Assembly: GCA_014859305.1 (NCBI GenBank)
Contig: JACUUM010000004.1
Location: 58 to 64,057 of the forward strand
Origin: Coriobacteriia bacterium
GTDB taxonomy: Bacteria > Actinomycetota > Coriobacteriia > Anaerosomatales > Kmv31
Reading direction: 5' to 3'
DNA length: 64,000 nt
Part shown: positions 1-10,477 of the stretch, piece by piece
How positions within the stretch are numbered: position 1 is the first letter of the stretch
Layout: the number at the start of each line of letters is the position of its first letter
Made by a program: the position numbers and the translations under genes
The notes under the pieces: generated by a model
Databases searched by the model: none
Seen by the model: only the letters and a program-made list of their open reading frames with translations
What the model was told of the DNA's origin: nothing

Positions 1-1
1 C

Positions 2-1018
2 ACGTTCACGCGCGCCAAGCAGCTGGTCCCGGTGGCCAACAAGCCCATCCTCTTCTACGCGATCGAGGCGATCCGTGACGCGGGCATCCGGGAGATAGGC
101 GTGATCGTGGGCGACACGGCCGACGAGGTCAGCGAGGCGCTCGGCGACGGCTCGCGCTGGGGTTGCGAGGTCACCTACATCCCCCAGGAGGCGCCGCTCG
201 GTCTGGCGCACGCCGTGCTCATCTCCGAGGAGTTCATGGGCGGCGAGCCGTTCGTCATGTACCTCGGCGACAACCTCATCAAGGACGGCATCAGGCCGTT
301 CGTGCGCGAGTTCGAGGCGAACGATTGCGACGCGCAGATCCTGCTCGCGCACGTGCCCAACGCGTCGCAGTTCGGCGTCGCCGAGCTCGCCGAGGACGGT
401 TCGGTGCTCCGGCTGGTCGAGAAGCCGGCGGACCCTCCGAGCGACCTTGCGCTCGTCGGCGTGTACCTCTTCAACCCGCACGTCTTCGACGCGGTCAAGG
501 CAATCGGGCCCTCGGTGCGCGGCGAGCTGGAGATCACGGACGCGATCCAGTGGCTGGTGGACAACCGCCTCGTCGTGCGGCCTCACGTGATCGAGGGCTG
601 GTGGAAGGACACCGGCAAGCTCGAGGACATGCTGGAGGCCAATCGCATCATGCTCGACACGATCGAGACGGACATCGAGGGCGAGATCGACGCGTCATCG
701 CAGGTGCATGGGCGGGTGCGGTTCGGAGCCGGCAGCAGGCTGGTGAACTCGACCGTGCGCGGCCCGGCGGTGATCGGCGAGGGCTGTGAGATCGTGGACG
801 CCTACATAGGACCGTACACCTCCGTGCACGACGGCTGCGCCGTGCTCGGCAGCGAGATCGAGCACTCCATCATGATGCCTGGCGCGCGCGTGGAGCACGC
901 CGGGGCCCGGATCTCCGACAGCCTGATGGGCTGCAACGCCGTCGTCCGTCGGACCGACGGGAGACCGGCTGCGTTCCACCTCATGCTCGGGGACAACTCC
1001 GAGGTCGAGATCGTCTAG
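2..1018 (+). CDS. rmlA: glucose-1-phosphate thymidylyltransferase, long form; 5' end lies upstream of the window
   Basis: The frame is open from nt 2 (TFTRAKQLVPVANKPILFYAIEAIRDAGI), so the ORF-track Met at 32 is internal. It has a nucleotidyltransferase core (YLGDNL, FGVAEL, VEKP, VGVYLF) and a C-terminal beta-helix-like region. It is the first gene of an rml cluster. Confidence 0.85.
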   Translation, partial: TFTRAKQLVPVANKPILFYAIEAIRDAGIREIGVIVGDTADEVSEALGDGSRWGCEVTYIPQEAPLGLAHAVLISEEFMGGEPFVMYLGDNLIKDGIRPFVREFEANDCDAQILLAHVPNASQFGVAELAEDGSVLRLVEKPADPPSDLALVGVYLFNPHVFDAVKAIGPSVRGELEITDAIQWLVDNRLVVRPHVIEGWWKDTGKLEDMLEANRIMLDTIETDIEGEIDASSQVHGRVRFGAGSRLVNSTVRGPAVIGEGCEIVDAYIGPYTSVHDGCAVLGSEIEHSIMMPGARVEHAGARISDSLMGCNAVVRRTDGRPAAFHLMLGDNSEVEIV

Positions 1019-1027
1019 GAGGCGCGC

Positions 1028-1483
1028 GTGATAGAGGGCGTGAAGGTGAAGGAGCTCAAGGTCATCCCCGACGACCGCGGGATGCTGATGGAGATGTGGC
1101 GCTCGGACGACCCGGACTTCGTCCGCTTCGGCCAGGTGTACATGACGATGGTCTACCCGAGGGTGGTCAAAGCGTGGCACTACCACACGAAGCAGACCGA
1201 CCACTTCGTGTGCGTCTCGGGGATGGCCAAGGTCGCGCTGCACGACCGGCGGGACGGCTCGTCCACCTTCGGCGAGACCGAGACGCACGTCATCGGGTGG
1301 CAGCGCCAGCGGCTCCTGATCATCCCGCCGGGCGTCTACCACGGCTTCACGGCGGTGGGCACCGAGGCGGCCTGCATCATCAACATCCCCAGCGAACCCT
1401 ACGACCACGAGAACCCGGACGAGCACCGGCTGCCCTTCGACGACGAGGTCATCGGGTACGACTGGGGCGTGAGGAACGGATGA
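1028..1483 (+). CDS. rmlC: dTDP-4-dehydrorhamnose 3,5-epimerase-like cupin
   Basis: 151 aa with a GTG start. The pattern VIPDDRGMLMEMWR...AWHYH...DHFVCVSG...PPGVYHGF is typical of short RmlC-family epimerases. It lies between rmlA and rmlB. Confidence 0.7.
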   Translation: MIEGVKVKELKVIPDDRGMLMEMWRSDDPDFVRFGQVYMTMVYPRVVKAWHYHTKQTDHFVCVSGMAKVALHDRRDGSSTFGETETHVIGWQRQRLLIIPPGVYHGFTAVGTEAACIINIPSEPYDHENPDEHRLPFDDEVIGYDWGVRNG

Positions 1484-2502
1484 GGCTGCTCGTCTGCGGG
1501 GGCGCGGGCTTCATCGGCAGCGGCTTCGTGCGCCGGATGCTCGCCAAGCACGCCGACTGGGAGATCGTGACCTTCGACAAGCTCACCTACGCCGGGAACC
1601 GAGAGAACCTCACGACGGTGGCCAAGGATCCGCGGCATACGTTCATCCGGGGAGACATCTGCGACCGGAGGGCGGTGGAGGCGGGCGTCCACCGCCGTGG
1701 ATGCGTGGACGCGATCGTGAACTTCGCGGCCGAGACGCACGTGGACCGTTCGATCGCGGACCCCGAGTCGTTCCTGCGCACCGACATCCTCGGCACGCAC
1801 ACGCTTCTGGAGGTCGTACGGGAGCTGGAGGTCGGCAAGCTCGTGCAGGTGTCCACCGACGAGGTGTACGGCTCGATCGAAAGCGGCAGCTTCTGCGAGG
1901 CGGACCGCCTGGCGCCGAGCAGTCCGTACTCGGCAAGCAAGGCCGGCGGCGACCTGCAGGTGCTCGCGTACCACGCCACCTACGGGACTCCCGCCTGCAT
2001 CACGCGGGGCAGCAACACCTACGGCTCGCACCAATACCCCGAGAAGCTCGTCCCGCTGTTCGTGACCAACGCTCTGGAGGGCAAGCGGCTGCCGATGTAC
2101 GGCGACGGGTTGAACGTGCGCGACTGGCTGCACGTCGACGATCACTGCGACGGTGTCGAGGCCGCTGCGCTGCGGGGGGAACCCGGCGAGGTCTACAACA
2201 TCGGCGGCGGCAACGAGTGCACGAACCGCGAGATCGCCTCCATCATCCTCGACGAGCTCGGGCTTTCCGAGGACATCATCGAGCGCGTAGCGGACCGCCC
2301 GGGCCACGACCGCCGCTACTCGATCGCCTGCGACAAGGCGCGGGAAGCGCTCGAGTGGGAGCCGGCGGTGGAGTTCGAGGCGGGCCTGCGCGAGACGATC
2401 CGGTGGTACCGCGACAACCAGGCGTGGTGGCGCCCGATCAAGCACGCAGCCGGCGAGTTCGCGGCCTGGGAGAAGCGCTGGTATGGGAGCCGGAGTGCCT
2501 GA
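1480..2502 (+). CDS. rmlB: dTDP-glucose 4,6-dehydratase
   Basis: ATGA overlap with the rmlC stop. Motifs: MRLLVCGGAGFIGSGFV Rossmann, YSASKAGGD (YxxxK), DRPGHDRRY. The ORF-track start at 1096 is a spurious upstream extension. Confidence 0.9.
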   Translation: MRLLVCGGAGFIGSGFVRRMLAKHADWEIVTFDKLTYAGNRENLTTVAKDPRHTFIRGDICDRRAVEAGVHRRGCVDAIVNFAAETHVDRSIADPESFLRTDILGTHTLLEVVRELEVGKLVQVSTDEVYGSIESGSFCEADRLAPSSPYSASKAGGDLQVLAYHATYGTPACITRGSNTYGSHQYPEKLVPLFVTNALEGKRLPMYGDGLNVRDWLHVDDHCDGVEAAALRGEPGEVYNIGGGNECTNREIASIILDELGLSEDIIERVADRPGHDRRYSIACDKAREALEWEPAVEFEAGLRETIRWYRDNQAWWRPIKHAAGEFAAWEKRWYGSRSA

Positions 2503-3352
2503 GGAGGCCCCCGGCCGCGTGCTCGTGGCCGGTGCGGGCGGCAGCCTCGGGCGGGCGGTGACACGACTGCTGGGCGGGCGCGCGGTTCCGTTGACACACG
2601 CCGAGCTCGAAGTGGGGGACACCCTCGCCGTGGCTCTCGCGTTCGCCGAAGCGCGTCCCTCACTCGTCGTGAACTGCGTCGCCGCGACCGACGTCGACCG
2701 CTGTGAGACCGACGCGGCGTACCGCGAGGCCGGCAACGTCGTCGGCCCCGCGAACCTCGCCCGCGCTGCCGCCGAGGCGGGCTGCGGGCTCGTGCACGTC
2801 TCGACCGACTTCGTGTTCGACGGCGAGAAGGGCGCGGCCTACACCGAGGAGGACGAGCCGCGGCCGCTGAACGCCTACGGGGAGTCCAAGCTCGCCGGCG
2901 AGCGCGAGGTGCTCGCGTCCGGTGCTGAGGTCCTGGTGGTGCGCTCCTCGTGGGTCTACGGCGACGGGCGCTCCGGCTTCCCGGCGAAGGTGCTGGCCTG
3001 GAGCGAGGAGAGCGATCGCCTTCGGGTGGCCGCCGACCGGTGGGGGAGCCCGACGTTCGCCGAGGACCTCGCGACCGGTCTGCTCGGGTTATGGGAGGCG
3101 GGAGGACGCGGCCTCTTCCACCTGGCCGGCGAGGGGTGCGCTTCGCGCTTCGACCTCGCGACAGCGACGCTGGGGGCGGCGGGCCGGGGCACGGAGGCGG
3201 AGCCCGCCGGCGCGGGCGAGTTCCCGCTGCGGGCCGCGCGCCCTCGCGCGACGTGCCTCGACTGCTCGCGGGCGGCCGCCCACGGGGTGCGGCTGCCTGA
3301 GTGGCGCGACGGGCTGATGCGCTGGGCGGCGAAGCGCGACGCTTTGCGATAA
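2483..3352 (+). CDS. rmlD: dTDP-4-dehydrorhamnose reductase
   Basis: Motifs: RVLVAGAGGSLGRAV Rossmann, NAYGESKLAGE (YxxxK), RSSWVYG. It overlaps the rmlB end by 20 nt; the exact start is uncertain. Confidence 0.8.
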   Translation: MGAGVPEEAPGRVLVAGAGGSLGRAVTRLLGGRAVPLTHAELEVGDTLAVALAFAEARPSLVVNCVAATDVDRCETDAAYREAGNVVGPANLARAAAEAGCGLVHVSTDFVFDGEKGAAYTEEDEPRPLNAYGESKLAGEREVLASGAEVLVVRSSWVYGDGRSGFPAKVLAWSEESDRLRVAADRWGSPTFAEDLATGLLGLWEAGGRGLFHLAGEGCASRFDLATATLGAAGRGTEAEPAGAGEFPLRAARPRATCLDCSRAAAHGVRLPEWRDGLMRWAAKRDALR

Positions 3353-3416
3353 CCTGCCGTTGCGGCGGCCTTACCGGCACGCACGGCCACGTCCCGGCAC
3401 ACGAAGGGGAGGTCTC

Positions 3417-4397
3417 ATGCGCATCCTGGTGACCGGCGGCGCGGGCTACGTCGGATCGATCTCGACACGCGTCCTGCTGGACGCCGGGCACGACGTCGTG
3501 GTTCTGGACACGCTCGAGAACGGGCACGAGCGCGCCGTCGATCCTCGGGCGACCTTCGTCGCAGGCGACGTCGGCGACCCCGCCGCCCTCGCCGAGGCGA
3601 TGCCGGACGTGGAGGCGATCCTTCACTGCGCGGGCTACATCGACGTCGCCGAGTCGGCCGAGCGCCCGTGGCACTACATCGAGAACAACGCGCTCAAGCC
3701 CTCGGTGATGCTCGAGGAGATGGTCCGCCGGGGCATCGGCTCGATCGTCTTCTCCTCCACCGCCGCCGTCTACGGCGAGCCCGCCTCGCTCCCCATATCG
3801 GAGGGCGCCCCGACGTACCCCATCAACGTCTACGGCGCTTCCAAGCTGCTCTTCGAGCGCGCCCTCGACGGCTTCGAGGACCTCGGCATCCGATCGGTGC
3901 GTCTGCGCTACTTCAACGTTGCCGGCGCGTGGCCGGACGGTTCCCTGGGTGAGGCGCACGTGCCCGAGACCCACATCGTCCCGAGGATCCTCGGCGCCAT
4001 GCAGAGCGGGGAGCGCGGCTTCGAGGTCTTCGGCGGGGACTACCGCACCTCGGACGGCACCTGCATCCGCGACTACATCCACGTGATCGACCTCGCCGAG
4101 GCGCACCGCCTGGCGCTGGAACGACTGGCGAAGCACGAGGGAGGCGGCGTCTTCAACCTCGGCAGCGGCACCGGGTACAGCAACCTCGAGGTCGTGCGGA
4201 CGTGCGCCGAGGTGACCGGGGTGGACGTGGACGTCACGACCGGTCCTCGGCGGGCGGGAGACCCCGCCGTGCTCGTCGCCTCGACCGAACGGGTCGAGCG
4301 CGAGCTGGGGTGGAGACCGGACAGCGGTCTCGAGCAGATGATCCGCGACGCGTGGCGCTGGCACGAGAGCCACCCCGAGGGCTACGGCGACCGCTAG
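3417..4397 (+). CDS. galE: UDP-glucose 4-epimerase
   Basis: SD GAAGGGGAGG lies just upstream of ATG 3417. Motifs: MRILVTGGAGYVGS, YGASKLLFE (YxxxK), DGTCIRDYIHVIDLA. Confidence 0.85.
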   Translation: MRILVTGGAGYVGSISTRVLLDAGHDVVVLDTLENGHERAVDPRATFVAGDVGDPAALAEAMPDVEAILHCAGYIDVAESAERPWHYIENNALKPSVMLEEMVRRGIGSIVFSSTAAVYGEPASLPISEGAPTYPINVYGASKLLFERALDGFEDLGIRSVRLRYFNVAGAWPDGSLGEAHVPETHIVPRILGAMQSGERGFEVFGGDYRTSDGTCIRDYIHVIDLAEAHRLALERLAKHEGGGVFNLGSGTGYSNLEVVRTCAEVTGVDVDVTTGPRRAGDPAVLVASTERVERELGWRPDSGLEQMIRDAWRWHESHPEGYGDR

Positions 4398-4431
4398 CGA
4401 GCACCGCCGGTGGCGGTGTACGGATGGGGTG

Positions 4432-4460
4432 CTGACAGGCGGGGGCATCCCCGGTACAAT
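4432..4460 (+). promoter_or_regulatory. candidate sigma-70-type promoter for tRNA-Val
   Basis: CTGACA (4432-4437), a 17-nt spacer, then TACAAT (4455-4460), about 45 nt upstream of the tRNA. Sequence pattern only. Confidence 0.4.
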
Positions 4461-4504
4461 ACCCTTCGCCGCTTCCCGGGCTCGAGCCGGGAGGCAGGCG
4501 CCAC

Positions 4505-4579
4505 GGGCGATTGGCTCAGGGGGAGAGCGCTTCCTTCACACGGAAGAGGTCACTGGTTCAAATCCAGTATCGCCCACCA
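4505..4579 (+). tRNA. tRNA-Val (anticodon CAC), CCA encoded
   Basis: Manual cloverleaf: acceptor GGGCGAT/ATCGCCC, D-arm GCTC/GAGC, anticodon stem CTTCC/GGAAG with loop TTCACAC, T-arm ACTGG-TTCAAAT-CCAGT, discriminator A, then CCA. Confidence 0.93.
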
Positions 4580-4590
4580 TGGATGACAGA

Positions 4591-4633
4591 ACGCCCCTTC
4601 TCGACTTCTCCGAAGGAAGTCGAGAAGGGGCGT
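4591..4633 (+). terminator. perfect 18-bp stem-loop after tRNA-Val (probable terminator or processing hairpin, no U-tract)
   Basis: ACGCCCCTTCTCGACTTC (4591-4608) pairs perfectly with GAAGTCGAGAAGGGGCGT (4616-4633) across a 7-nt loop. Confidence 0.55.
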
Positions 4634-5096
4634 CTTCAGCCGGTAGGCCACTACGTCGCCGTCCCGCAGCTCGGCGTTCCTCCCTGCGTCCGGCTTGCGC
4701 TGCGATCACCGGGCGCCCGGGCTGACTGCGCTCTCGCCCTCCGGGGGAATACGCGTCGCACGGCACCTTAACGTGAAGGGGACGATTCCCGTGGCCCTTG
4801 CCCCCTGGAACGAGTCGTGCGCAACGGGCGATCCACTTCGACGGGCAGCATCGAAGACTGCTCGCCCTGGTCGACGGACTGAGAGGACCAAACCTCAGTG
4901 CATCGGACGAGCAAGCCCTGCGCGCGCTTCGTCGTCGAGCTGACGGGGCGCCACCGCCACCTGGTGCCAACCAAGCCGTTCGAAGCGGTCCAGCATCGCC
5001 GCACCACGCAGACTCAGAAGGCTCCGAAGCGGACGGCTCCGGGGCCTTTCGCTATGCTTGGCTCGGTCGGCGAGGGGATGTCGCCGGCTCGGTCCG

Positions 5097-5342
5097 ATGG
5101 CCGACGGGGAGGCGCGGTTGGACCTTCAGTCGATCGGCAAGATCCTCGTGGCGTTCGCGGTCGTGCTCGCGCTCGCCGGGGCGCTGCTCTGGGTCGGCGG
5201 CCTGCTCGGGCTCGGCAGACTCCCCGGTGACTTGCGCTTCGGCGACGACCGCTGGAGCTGCTATATCCCGATCGCGACGACCCTCATCCTGAGCGTGATC
5301 CTGACGCTCCTTCTGAACCTGCTGTTCCGGCTCTTCCGTTGA
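5097..5342 (+). CDS. small membrane protein, DUF2905 family
   Basis: Two TM helices flank the family-typical LGRLPGDLRFGDDRWSCYIPIATTLILSVILTLLLNL. The start is uncertain (the ORF opens at 5058). Confidence 0.6.
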   Translation: MADGEARLDLQSIGKILVAFAVVLALAGALLWVGGLLGLGRLPGDLRFGDDRWSCYIPIATTLILSVILTLLLNLLFRLFR

Positions 5343-5384
5343 CGGGGGCCGAGCGGCGACGGTGCGGGTCCCGAGCAGCGACCC

Positions 5385-6743
5385 TCAAGCCCACGCGGCC
5401 CAGTTGAGCGCCTCGCAGAAGGCGGGGTGTACGCCGAGGGTGGCGCGCATGTCCTCGGCCGTGGCGCGCACCCGGACCGCCAGCGCCAGCGCCCACACGA
5501 GCTCAGGCGCGGCGACGCCGGCCACGTGCGCCCCGACGAGGCGGCCGTCGTCGGCGGCGAAGAGCAGCTTGACGAAGCCGGTGCGTTCGTCGTCGATGAT
5601 AGCCGCGCCCAGCGGCTCGAACGGCTGGCGTCCGACGCGCACGGCGAGGCCGCGAGCCGCGGCCGCCTCCTCGGTGAGGCCCACCTGGCCGATGGGCGGA
5701 TGCGTGAACGTGACCTGCGGGACGACCGCGTCGTGGGGCAGGGGCCCACCGCCGACGATCGAGCGCGCCGCGAGGCGTCCGTCGTACGAGGCGAGCGGGG
5801 TCAGCATGAGGTCGCCGCGAGCGTCCCCCGCGAAGAACACGCGCGGGTTCGAGACGCTTCGGAGCGCCTCGTCGAGCACCGGCCTCCCGCGCTCGTCCGT
5901 CTCGACGCCTCCGGTGGCGAGGTCGAGCTCGGAGAGCGCCGGGCGGCGTCCCGCTGCCATCAGCACCCGCTGCGAGCCTATCGAGCTCTTCTCCCGCGGG
6001 GTCTCGTAGTAGGTGCGCAGGGCACCCGGCTCGCCCTCGATCGCGCTCACGCGCGCGCCCGTGACGAATCGCGCGCCTGTCGCTGCCATGCGCTTCGTGA
6101 CGACCCCCGCGGCCTCGGCGTCGGCATGCTCCAGCACGCGCACGCCGTCCGTGACGACGGAGACCTCGGTGCCGAACAGCGCGTACGCCGAGGCGAACTC
6201 CATCCCGACGTAGCCCCCGCCGATCACCAGCAGGCTCTCCGGCGGCTCGGGGTAGTGCAGCACGTCGTCCGAGACGTCGGCTAGCTCGGCCCCCGGGATG
6301 CCGAGGACGACCGGCTCCGAGCCGGCGGCCACCACCACGTGGTCCGGCGCCAGGACGCTGCCGCCGACCTCGAGGGTCTCAGGGGAGAGGAAGCGGGCGG
6401 GCGCGTCGACGCGCTCGATGCCGCGTGCCGCCAGCAGCGCCTCCTGGTCGCCCGCGTAGGTCTCCTGCGCGTGCCACTTCCAGGCGAGCACGCCCTGCCA
6501 GTCCAGCGCCGGCTCGCCGGGCAGCACGCCGAACTGCTCGGCGGAGCGGGTCAGCCTAAGCACGTCGGCAGAGCGGTAGAGGGCCTTCTTCGGGACGCAG
6601 CCCCGCCAGAGACACAATCCGCCGAGCTTACCGGGCTCGGCCACGGTGACGCGGAAGTCCGCGTCCGCAAGGATGCGAGCCGCCGCGGTCCCCGCGCTCC
6701 CGCCGCCCACGACCAGCACGGAGCCGCGGACCGCCACTGGCAC
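5385..6743 (-). CDS. class I pyridine nucleotide-disulfide oxidoreductase (dihydrolipoyl dehydrogenase / glutathione-reductase family)
   Basis: Motifs: VLVVGGGSAGTAAA FAD site, redox-active GGLCLWRGCVPKK (CxxxxC), second Rossmann LLVIGGGYVGMEFA, and a dimerisation domain ending LGVHPAFCEAL. The start is set at GTG 6743 behind AGAGGGGG. The remaining ~700 aa of the 1150-aa track ORF is antisense to the ABC-F gene. Confidence 0.8.
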   Translation of the reverse strand: MPVAVRGSVLVVGGGSAGTAAARILADADFRVTVAEPGKLGGLCLWRGCVPKKALYRSADVLRLTRSAEQFGVLPGEPALDWQGVLAWKWHAQETYAGDQEALLAARGIERVDAPARFLSPETLEVGGSVLAPDHVVVAAGSEPVVLGIPGAELADVSDDVLHYPEPPESLLVIGGGYVGMEFASAYALFGTEVSVVTDGVRVLEHADAEAAGVVTKRMAATGARFVTGARVSAIEGEPGALRTYYETPREKSSIGSQRVLMAAGRRPALSELDLATGGVETDERGRPVLDEALRSVSNPRVFFAGDARGDLMLTPLASYDGRLAARSIVGGGPLPHDAVVPQVTFTHPPIGQVGLTEEAAAARGLAVRVGRQPFEPLGAAIIDDERTGFVKLLFAADDGRLVGAHVAGVAAPELVWALALAVRVRATAEDMRATLGVHPAFCEALNWAAWA

Positions 6744-6767
6744 CCCCTCTGCTAGACTCACCCTGCC

Positions 6768-8828
<2,061 letters not shown>

Positions 8829-8834
<6 letters not shown>

Positions 8835-8846
8835 CAATGTTTACAA
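8829..8846 (+). promoter_or_regulatory. AT-rich imperfect palindrome ATGTAACA-AT-GTTTACAA overlapping the ABC-F stop codon (candidate operator, degenerate copy of the 8972 site)
   Basis: It is a low-GC island in ~70% GC DNA and shares the TGTAACA / TTACAA half-sites with the perfect palindrome 140 bp downstream. Confidence 0.35.
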
Positions 8847-8869
8847 TCGTCGTCCTCAATGGCTAGAAT
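8841..8869 (+). promoter_or_regulatory. candidate nuo promoter
   Basis: TTACAA (8841-8846), a 17-nt spacer, then TAGAAT (8864-8869), about 170 nt upstream of nuoA. Sequence pattern only. Confidence 0.35.
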
Positions 8870-8971
8870 CGCGGAGGGGCGCTTCCGCCGGCACGGGGCG
8901 CGTTCCGCCGAACCAGGTGAGGTGACGTCCCGTACCCACGGCATCCTACCTGTTCGGAAACGGCATCTTGG

Positions 8972-8992
8972 CTTGTAACATGCTGTTACAAG
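8972..8992 (+). promoter_or_regulatory. perfect palindrome CTTGTAACA-TGC-TGTTACAAG, candidate operator in the nuoA leader
   Basis: Two 9-bp arms are perfectly complementary across a 3-nt spacer. The site lies 46 nt upstream of the nuoA ATG and is AT-rich in a GC-rich context. Confidence 0.5.
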
Positions 8993-9037
8993 GAGTCGTC
9001 GGGGGCGTCCCGGCCAAGGACGGGGTAAGGAGCGCGA

Positions 9038-9403
9038 ATGCAGGCAGCGGCACCGCAGGACGTGATGCTGGTACTCGGCCTGGCCTTCGCCGCGGTCGCG
9101 TTCATCCTGGTGGTGCTCGGTCTCAACGCCGTTCTGGCGCCGCGCCGACCGACCCCCGAGAAGGTCGAGCCCTACGAGTGCGGCATGCCGCAAGCGGGTG
9201 GGCCATGGGGGCCCGTGAACGTCCGATTCAGCACCATCGCGCTGCTGTTCGTCCTCTTCGACGCCGAGGCCATCCTGCTGTTCGCCGTCGCGCCGCGGCT
9301 GCGCGGCTCGGCGGTCGGACTGCTCGAGGTCGGCGCCTTCGCCGCGCTCCTGGCGTTCGGGCTGTTCTACGCGTGGCGGAAGGGGGCGCTGCAGTGGCGA
9401 TAG
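9038..9403 (+). CDS. nuoA: NADH-quinone oxidoreductase subunit A
   Basis: SD AAGGAG upstream. 121 aa with 3 TM helices and the ND3-type EKVEPYECG...FDAEAILLF motifs. Confidence 0.9.
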   Translation: MQAAAPQDVMLVLGLAFAAVAFILVVLGLNAVLAPRRPTPEKVEPYECGMPQAGGPWGPVNVRFSTIALLFVLFDAEAILLFAVAPRLRGSAVGLLEVGAFAALLAFGLFYAWRKGALQWR

Positions 9404-10011
9404 TGGACGGGCTCGGCAAGGCCCTGGAGCGCATCCCCGGCGGGGGCGTCATCCTGACCTCGCTGGACGCCGTGCTGGACTGGTCCCGGGGGCACTCGTT
9501 GTGGGCGATGCCCATGGGGACGGCGTGCTGCGCGATGGAACTCATCGCGGCGTCGTTCTCCAAGTTCGACTTCGACCGTCACGGCACGTTCCCCAGGCCG
9601 GACCCACGGCACGTAGACGTCATGGTGGTGGCGGGGACCGTCACGCGCAAGATGGCGCCGGCGATAAAGAGGCTCTACGAGCAGATGGCCGAACCCAAGT
9701 GGGTGGTCGCCATGGGCAACTGCGCCGTCTCCGGCGGCATCTTCTACTACGACTCCTACTCGGTGGTGCGCGGCGTGGACGAGTTCCTGCCGGTCGACGT
9801 CTACATCGCGGGGTGCCCGCCGCGGCCGGAGGCCCTGCAGGACGCGATCCTTCGGCTGCGCGAGAAGGTCGCCACCGAGTCGATCTCGGAGGGGCGCCGC
9901 TACGAGCGCAGACTGCTGCTGCCCACTCCCGCCACTCGTCACGACCAGGAGACGCCTGCTGCCGCGTCAGCAGCGGGCGAGCGTGACGGAGGGGAAGGCG
10001 AGGTCGCGTGA
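9403..10011 (+). CDS. nuoB: NADH-quinone oxidoreductase subunit B
   Basis: GTG overlaps the nuoA TAG by 1 nt. N2 cluster ligands are present: [26 protein letters not shown]. There is a C-terminal low-complexity extension of about 40 aa. Confidence 0.9.
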   Translation: MDGLGKALERIPGGGVILTSLDAVLDWSRGHSLWAMPMGTACCAMELIAASFSKFDFDRHGTFPRPDPRHVDVMVVAGTVTRKMAPAIKRLYEQMAEPKWVVAMGNCAVSGGIFYYDSYSVVRGVDEFLPVDVYIAGCPPRPEALQDAILRLREKVATESISEGRRYERRLLLPTPATRHDQETPAAASAAGERDGGEGEVA

Positions 10012-10469
10012 ACATCGAAGAGCTGCGCGAGCACCTCTGCGCGACCCATCCGGACCTGTGCCCGCTGTTCTCGACAGAGTTCGGGGACGGGGTGCTCGGC
10101 GTCGAGCGCGGCGAGCTGCACGACGCCGCTTCCGACCTCCGCGACCTGGGCTTCGACCGCCTGGGGATGGTCACGGCGGTGGACCGCGGCGAGACCTTCG
10201 AGCTCGTCTACCGCCTGCAGTCGCGCTCGATGAGCGCCGGCATGTTCCTGAAGTGCGAGGTCCCCCGCTCGGAGCCGCGGGTCCGCTCGCTGACCGACCT
10301 GTGGCCGGCCGCCGATTGGCAGGAGCGCGAGACGTACGACCTCTTCGGCATCGAGTTCGAGGGCCATCCGGACCTGCGGCGCATCCTCCTGCCGCCGGAG
10401 TGGGAGGGCCACCCCTTGCGCAAGGACTACACCGATGACCGCATCGTCCCCCGGCCCGACTTCATCTGA
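10008..10469 (+). CDS. nuoC: NADH-quinone oxidoreductase subunit C
   Basis: GTGA overlap with nuoB. It has the 30-kDa subunit motif [26 protein letters not shown]. Confidence 0.9.
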   Translation: MNIEELREHLCATHPDLCPLFSTEFGDGVLGVERGELHDAASDLRDLGFDRLGMVTAVDRGETFELVYRLQSRSMSAGMFLKCEVPRSEPRVRSLTDLWPAADWQERETYDLFGIEFEGHPDLRRILLPPEWEGHPLRKDYTDDRIVPRPDFI

Positions 10470-10477
10470 GGTATCCG

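Noticed and set aside
1096-1479. Upstream extensions of track ORFs, for example at 1096, 3360, 8968, 11161, 12168, 18575, 21139, 22731, 30829, 33453, 37166, 40820, 43454, 46002, 47229, 47600, 50819, 53527, 53937, 54185, 55285 and 57018
   Set aside because: In each case the family homology starts at an internal ATG/GTG that overlaps or abuts the upstream gene's stop. The extension overlaps the preceding gene in another frame and is low-complexity.
4640-5096. Integrase or prophage remnant, or a hemerythrin-like pseudogene, next to tRNA-Val
   Set aside because: There are no recombinase motifs in any frame and no att-like repeat of the tRNA 3' end. The single suggestive peptide stretch is too short to call.
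8972-8992. Calling the nuoA-proximal palindrome a Rex operator
   Set aside because: The half-sites are TTGTAAC rather than TTGTGAA or TTGTTAA, and the TTGT-to-ACAA spacing is 11 nt rather than 10. I report it as an operator candidate with an unknown regulator.
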